From: Dickeya solani IPO 2222
GTDB taxonomy: Bacteria > Pseudomonadota > Gammaproteobacteria > Enterobacterales > Enterobacteriaceae
Length of the DNA: 32,000 nucleotides
Reading direction: 5' to 3'
Assembly (NCBI RefSeq): GCF_001644705.1
Contig: NZ_CP015137.1
Location: forward strand, 180,001-212,000
A model generated the notes under the pieces. The model saw nothing but the letters and a program-made list of their open reading frames with translations. It ran no database searches and had not been told where the DNA came from. This document shows, piece after piece, positions 28,824 through 32,000 of this stretch; position 1 is the stretch's first letter; every line of letters starts with the position of its first letter. The position numbers were made by a program, and so were the translations under genes.

Positions 28824-30018
28824 AACGTAAAGCCTCTGCGGGATGGGTGGCGGCCGCGCGCCAGGAAGGATAAAGCGTGGAAAGCAGCGCCAGCAACATC
28901 GCCACCAGCGCAATGGCGATGACCTGCGCCGGCTGGATCTGCACCGGCAGCGCGCCGCCGTCAATCAGCAACCCGAGCATCGGCATCAGGGTATTGAGCT
29001 GACTAGCCAGCACCATACCCAGTATCGCCCCGACCAGCGCCCCCATCACACCGGCGCCGCCGCCCTGAACCATGAATACCGCCATAATCTGGCGTCGGGT
29101 CAACCCCTGCGTTTGCAGAATAGCGACCTCACCCTGTTTTTCCATCACCAGCAAACCCAGCGAGGTAATAATATTGAACGCGGCGACGGCCACAATCAGG
29201 CTTAGCAGCAGCCCCATCATGTTTTTCTCCATCCTCACCGCCTGGAACAGCTCGCCTTTGCGTTCGCGCCAGTCTTTCCACTCCGTCCCCGGCGGCAATG
29301 CCTGCTGGCTGAGCGTGTCCACCGTCAGCGGCTGGTTGAGCCACAGTCGCCAGCCGGTGATGTTGCCGAGCGGGTAGCGCATCAGGCGCGAAGCGTCCTG
29401 CTGGTTGACCAATAACTGATAGCCATCCACTTCGCTGCGGGCGGAAAAGGTGCCGGCTACGGTAAACAACCGCTGGCTGGGCACCCGCCCCATCGGCGTC
29501 AGTTGGCTGGCGCTGGTGACCATCAGCCGCAGTTGGTCGCCCGTTTTGACGCCAAGCTGACTGGCCAACTGTTCGCCGAGAATCACCTGATACTGCCCCG
29601 GCTGCAGCTGCTGCAAGTGGGTATTGACCAGATAGTTCGCCAGCGGCTCCTGCTCGTCAGGGTTAACGCCGAGCATCACCCCCACGGCCACGCTGCGGGC
29701 GCTTTGCAGCACCACATCGCCGGTGGTCAGCGGCGCGATACGGCTGATGCCTTTCAGGCTGGACAACGAAGAAGGCGGCAATGTCTGCGGGGTAAGGGAG
29801 CCTTGCGGCGTGGTGATGATAGCCTGAGGCATCAGCCCCAGAATGCTGTTTTCCAACTCCCGCTCAAAGCCGTTCATCACCGACAGCACGGTGACCAACG
29901 CCATCACCCCGAGGGTGATACCAATGGCGGACAACCAGGAAACAAACCGCCCGAAGCGGTCGGCGGCCCGCCCTCGCATATAGCGCAGGCCGATGAAAAG
30001 TGCGACAGGTTGATACAT
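28816..30018 (-). CDS. lolC: lipoprotein-release ABC transporter permease LolC
   Basis: 400 aa. The N-terminus [30 protein letters not shown] and the C-terminus [18 protein letters not shown] are essentially as in E. coli LolC. Confidence 0.96.
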
Positions 30019-30149
30019 GAAATCCGTCTGGATGAGGTTGCTAAAGCAAAGTGAACAAGGATAATAAAGGGTAGTACCACTTTATGGAACCCTAACCCTC
30101 TCTCTTCCCGACTTTTTCTTAGTGGATATCGAGACCTGATAATCGGATG

Positions 30150-32000
30150 ATGCCTGAACAATATCGCTATACCTTGCCTGGCAAAGCGGGTGAACAACGC
30201 CTGTTAGGCCAGCTTACCGGCGCAGCCTGCGCCGTCGAATGCGCAGAGATCGTTGAACGTCACGCCGGACTGGTGGTGCTGATTACCCCTGACATGCAGA
30301 ATGCCCTGCGGTTGCGCGACGAAATCCAGCAGTTTACCGCTCAGCCGGTAATGACGCTGCCGGATTGGGAAACCTTGCCGTACGACAGTTTTTCCCCCCA
30401 CCAGGAAATTATCTCCGCCCGGTTATCCACCCTGTACCAGCTACCCTCGCTGACGCGCGGGGTGTTGATCCTGCCGGTCAATACCCTGATGCAGAAAGTG
30501 TGTCCGCACGCTTTCCTGCACGGCCATGCGCTGATGCTGAAAAAAGGCCAGCGCCTGTCGCGCGACAGGCTGCGCAACCAGTTGGAACAGGCCGGCTACC
30601 GCAGCGTCGATCAGGTGATGGAGCATGGCGAATTCGCTACCCGCGGCGCGCTGCTCGACCTGTTTCCTATGGGCAGCGAAGAGCCGTTCCGTATCGATTT
30701 CTTCGACGATGAAATCGACAGTTTGCGACTGTTTGACGCCGATACCCAGCGCACGCTGAATGAAGTCGAACAGATTCACCTGTTGCCGGCTCGGGAGTTC
30801 CCTACCGACAAGACCGCCATTGAGTTGTTTCGTAGCCAGTGGCGCGAGCAATTTGAGGTCCGGCGCGACGCCGAGCACGTCTACCAGCAGGTGAGCAAAG
30901 GCACCCTGCCCGCCGGGATCGAGTACTGGCAATCACTGTTCTTCAGCCAGCCGCTGCCAGCGCTGTTCAGCTATCTGCCAACCGGCACGCTGCTGGTCAA
31001 TACCGGCGACATCCAACAAGGCGCCGAGCGTTTCTGGCAGGATATCCAGCAGCGCCACGACAGCCGCCGGGTCGACCCGATGCGCCCGCTGTTGCCGCCG
31101 GATGCGCTGTGGCTGCCGGTTGATACGCTGTTTGCCGAACTCAAACAATGGCCGCGCGTACAGCTGCGCGGCGACACGCTGCCGGATAAAGCCGCCAATA
31201 TCAATCTGGGTTATCAGCCATTGCCAGAGCTGGCAGTCCAACACCAGAACAAATCGCCGCTGGATGCGCTGCGCCGTTTTGTGGAGCAGTTCGGTGGGCA
31301 GATTGTATTTTCGGTGGAAAGCGAAGGGCGCCGGGAAACGTTGCAGGAGTTGCTGTCCCGTATCAAGTTGTCCCCTGCGCCGGTGAAAAGCCTGGAGCAG
31401 ACGGCGTCGCCGGGTTGCTACCTGATGATCGGCGCCAGCGAGCACGGCTTTATTGATACCCTGCGCCAGCGCACGCTGATCTGCGAAAGCGACCTGCTGG
31501 GCGAACGCGTCAGCCGTCGCCGTCAGGACAGCCGCCGTACCATCAACACCGATACCTTGATCCGCAACCTGGCGGAGTTACGCCCGGGCCAGCCGGTGGT
31601 GCATCTCGAACACGGCGTCGGCCGTTACTCCGGGCTGACCACGCTGGAAGCCGGCGGCATCAAGGCGGAATACCTGATTCTGCATTACGCCGGCGAAGAC
31701 AAACTGTATGTGCCGGTGTCGTCGTTGCATCTTATCAGCCGCTATGCCGGCGGCGCCGAGGATAGCGCGCCGCTGCACAAGCTGGGCGGAGACGCCTGGA
31801 CGCGGGCGCGGCAGAAAGCGGCGGAGAAAGTGCGCGACGTGGCCGCCGAACTACTGGATGTTTACGCCCAGCGCGCCGCCCATACCGGCTTCGCCTTCAA
31901 ACACGACCGGGAGCAGTACCAGCTGTTCTGTCAGGGTTTCCCGTTTGATACCACGCCGGATCAGGCGCAGGCCATCAACGCCGTGCTGAGCGACATGTGC
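30150..32000 (+). CDS. mfd: transcription-repair coupling factor Mfd, N-terminal 617 codons (continues past the window end)
   Basis: Absent from the ORF track because it is edge-truncated. ATG at 30150 (an alternative lies at 30147) gives MPEQYRYTLPGKAGEQRLLGQLTGAACAVECAEI..., matching the E. coli Mfd N-terminus. The frame is open to nt 32000. Divergent from lolC, as in E. coli. Confidence 0.95.
   Translation, partial: MPEQYRYTLPGKAGEQRLLGQLTGAACAVECAEIVERHAGLVVLITPDMQNALRLRDEIQQFTAQPVMTLPDWETLPYDSFSPHQEIISARLSTLYQLPSLTRGVLILPVNTLMQKVCPHAFLHGHALMLKKGQRLSRDRLRNQLEQAGYRSVDQVMEHGEFATRGALLDLFPMGSEEPFRIDFFDDEIDSLRLFDADTQRTLNEVEQIHLLPAREFPTDKTAIELFRSQWREQFEVRRDAEHVYQQVSKGTLPAGIEYWQSLFFSQPLPALFSYLPTGTLLVNTGDIQQGAERFWQDIQQRHDSRRVDPMRPLLPPDALWLPVDTLFAELKQWPRVQLRGDTLPDKAANINLGYQPLPELAVQHQNKSPLDALRRFVEQFGGQIVFSVESEGRRETLQELLSRIKLSPAPVKSLEQTASPGCYLMIGASEHGFIDTLRQRTLICESDLLGERVSRRRQDSRRTINTDTLIRNLAELRPGQPVVHLEHGVGRYSGLTTLEAGGIKAEYLILHYAGEDKLYVPVSSLHLISRYAGGAEDSAPLHKLGGDAWTRARQKAAEKVRDVAAELLDVYAQRAAHTGFAFKHDREQYQLFCQGFPFDTTPDQAQAINAVLSDMC

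Overview
This is chromosomal backbone from a member of the Enterobacterales. Hand-sampled housekeeping genes are about 55-58% G+C. The species cannot be determined here. Gene order and protein sequences track E. coli K-12 closely but are clearly diverged.

Layout:
- An edge-truncated AT-rich P-loop NTPase gene (-), then pepN (-).
- pncB, asnS, three tandem OmpF-family porin genes (with an aspC relic between copies 2 and 3), then aspC (+).
- gloC/ycbL, mepK/ycbK, ldtD/ycbB (-).
- selO/ydiU, an enlarged ERIC repeat, a ydiV-like gene, lplA, nlpC, btuD, btuE, btuC (-).
- An intergenic region with three ~20-bp direct repeats, then an 84-codon unannotated ORF (+).
- cobB, nagK, lolE, lolD, lolC (-), then mfd (+, truncated at the right edge).

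The supplied ORF track omits both edge-truncated genes (1-1428 on the - strand, and mfd from 30150). It also over-extends several N-termini, which I corrected by homology and RBS position. I saw no rRNA, tRNA, CRISPR array, IS element, transposase or integrase.

I do not see a complete multi-gene novel system inside this window. The best lead is the foreign-looking, roughly one-third-G+C KAP-like NTPase gene at the far left. It looks like the first gene of an island or operon that continues out of the window.

Secondary leads:
- The diversifying porin triplet, with its fossil of a porin-aspC segmental duplication.
- The unexplained 3x direct repeat between btuC and the small ORF.
- An 18-bp tandem duplication across the selO stop codon.

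All homology statements rest on my recollection of E. coli proteins and motifs. No searches were run.
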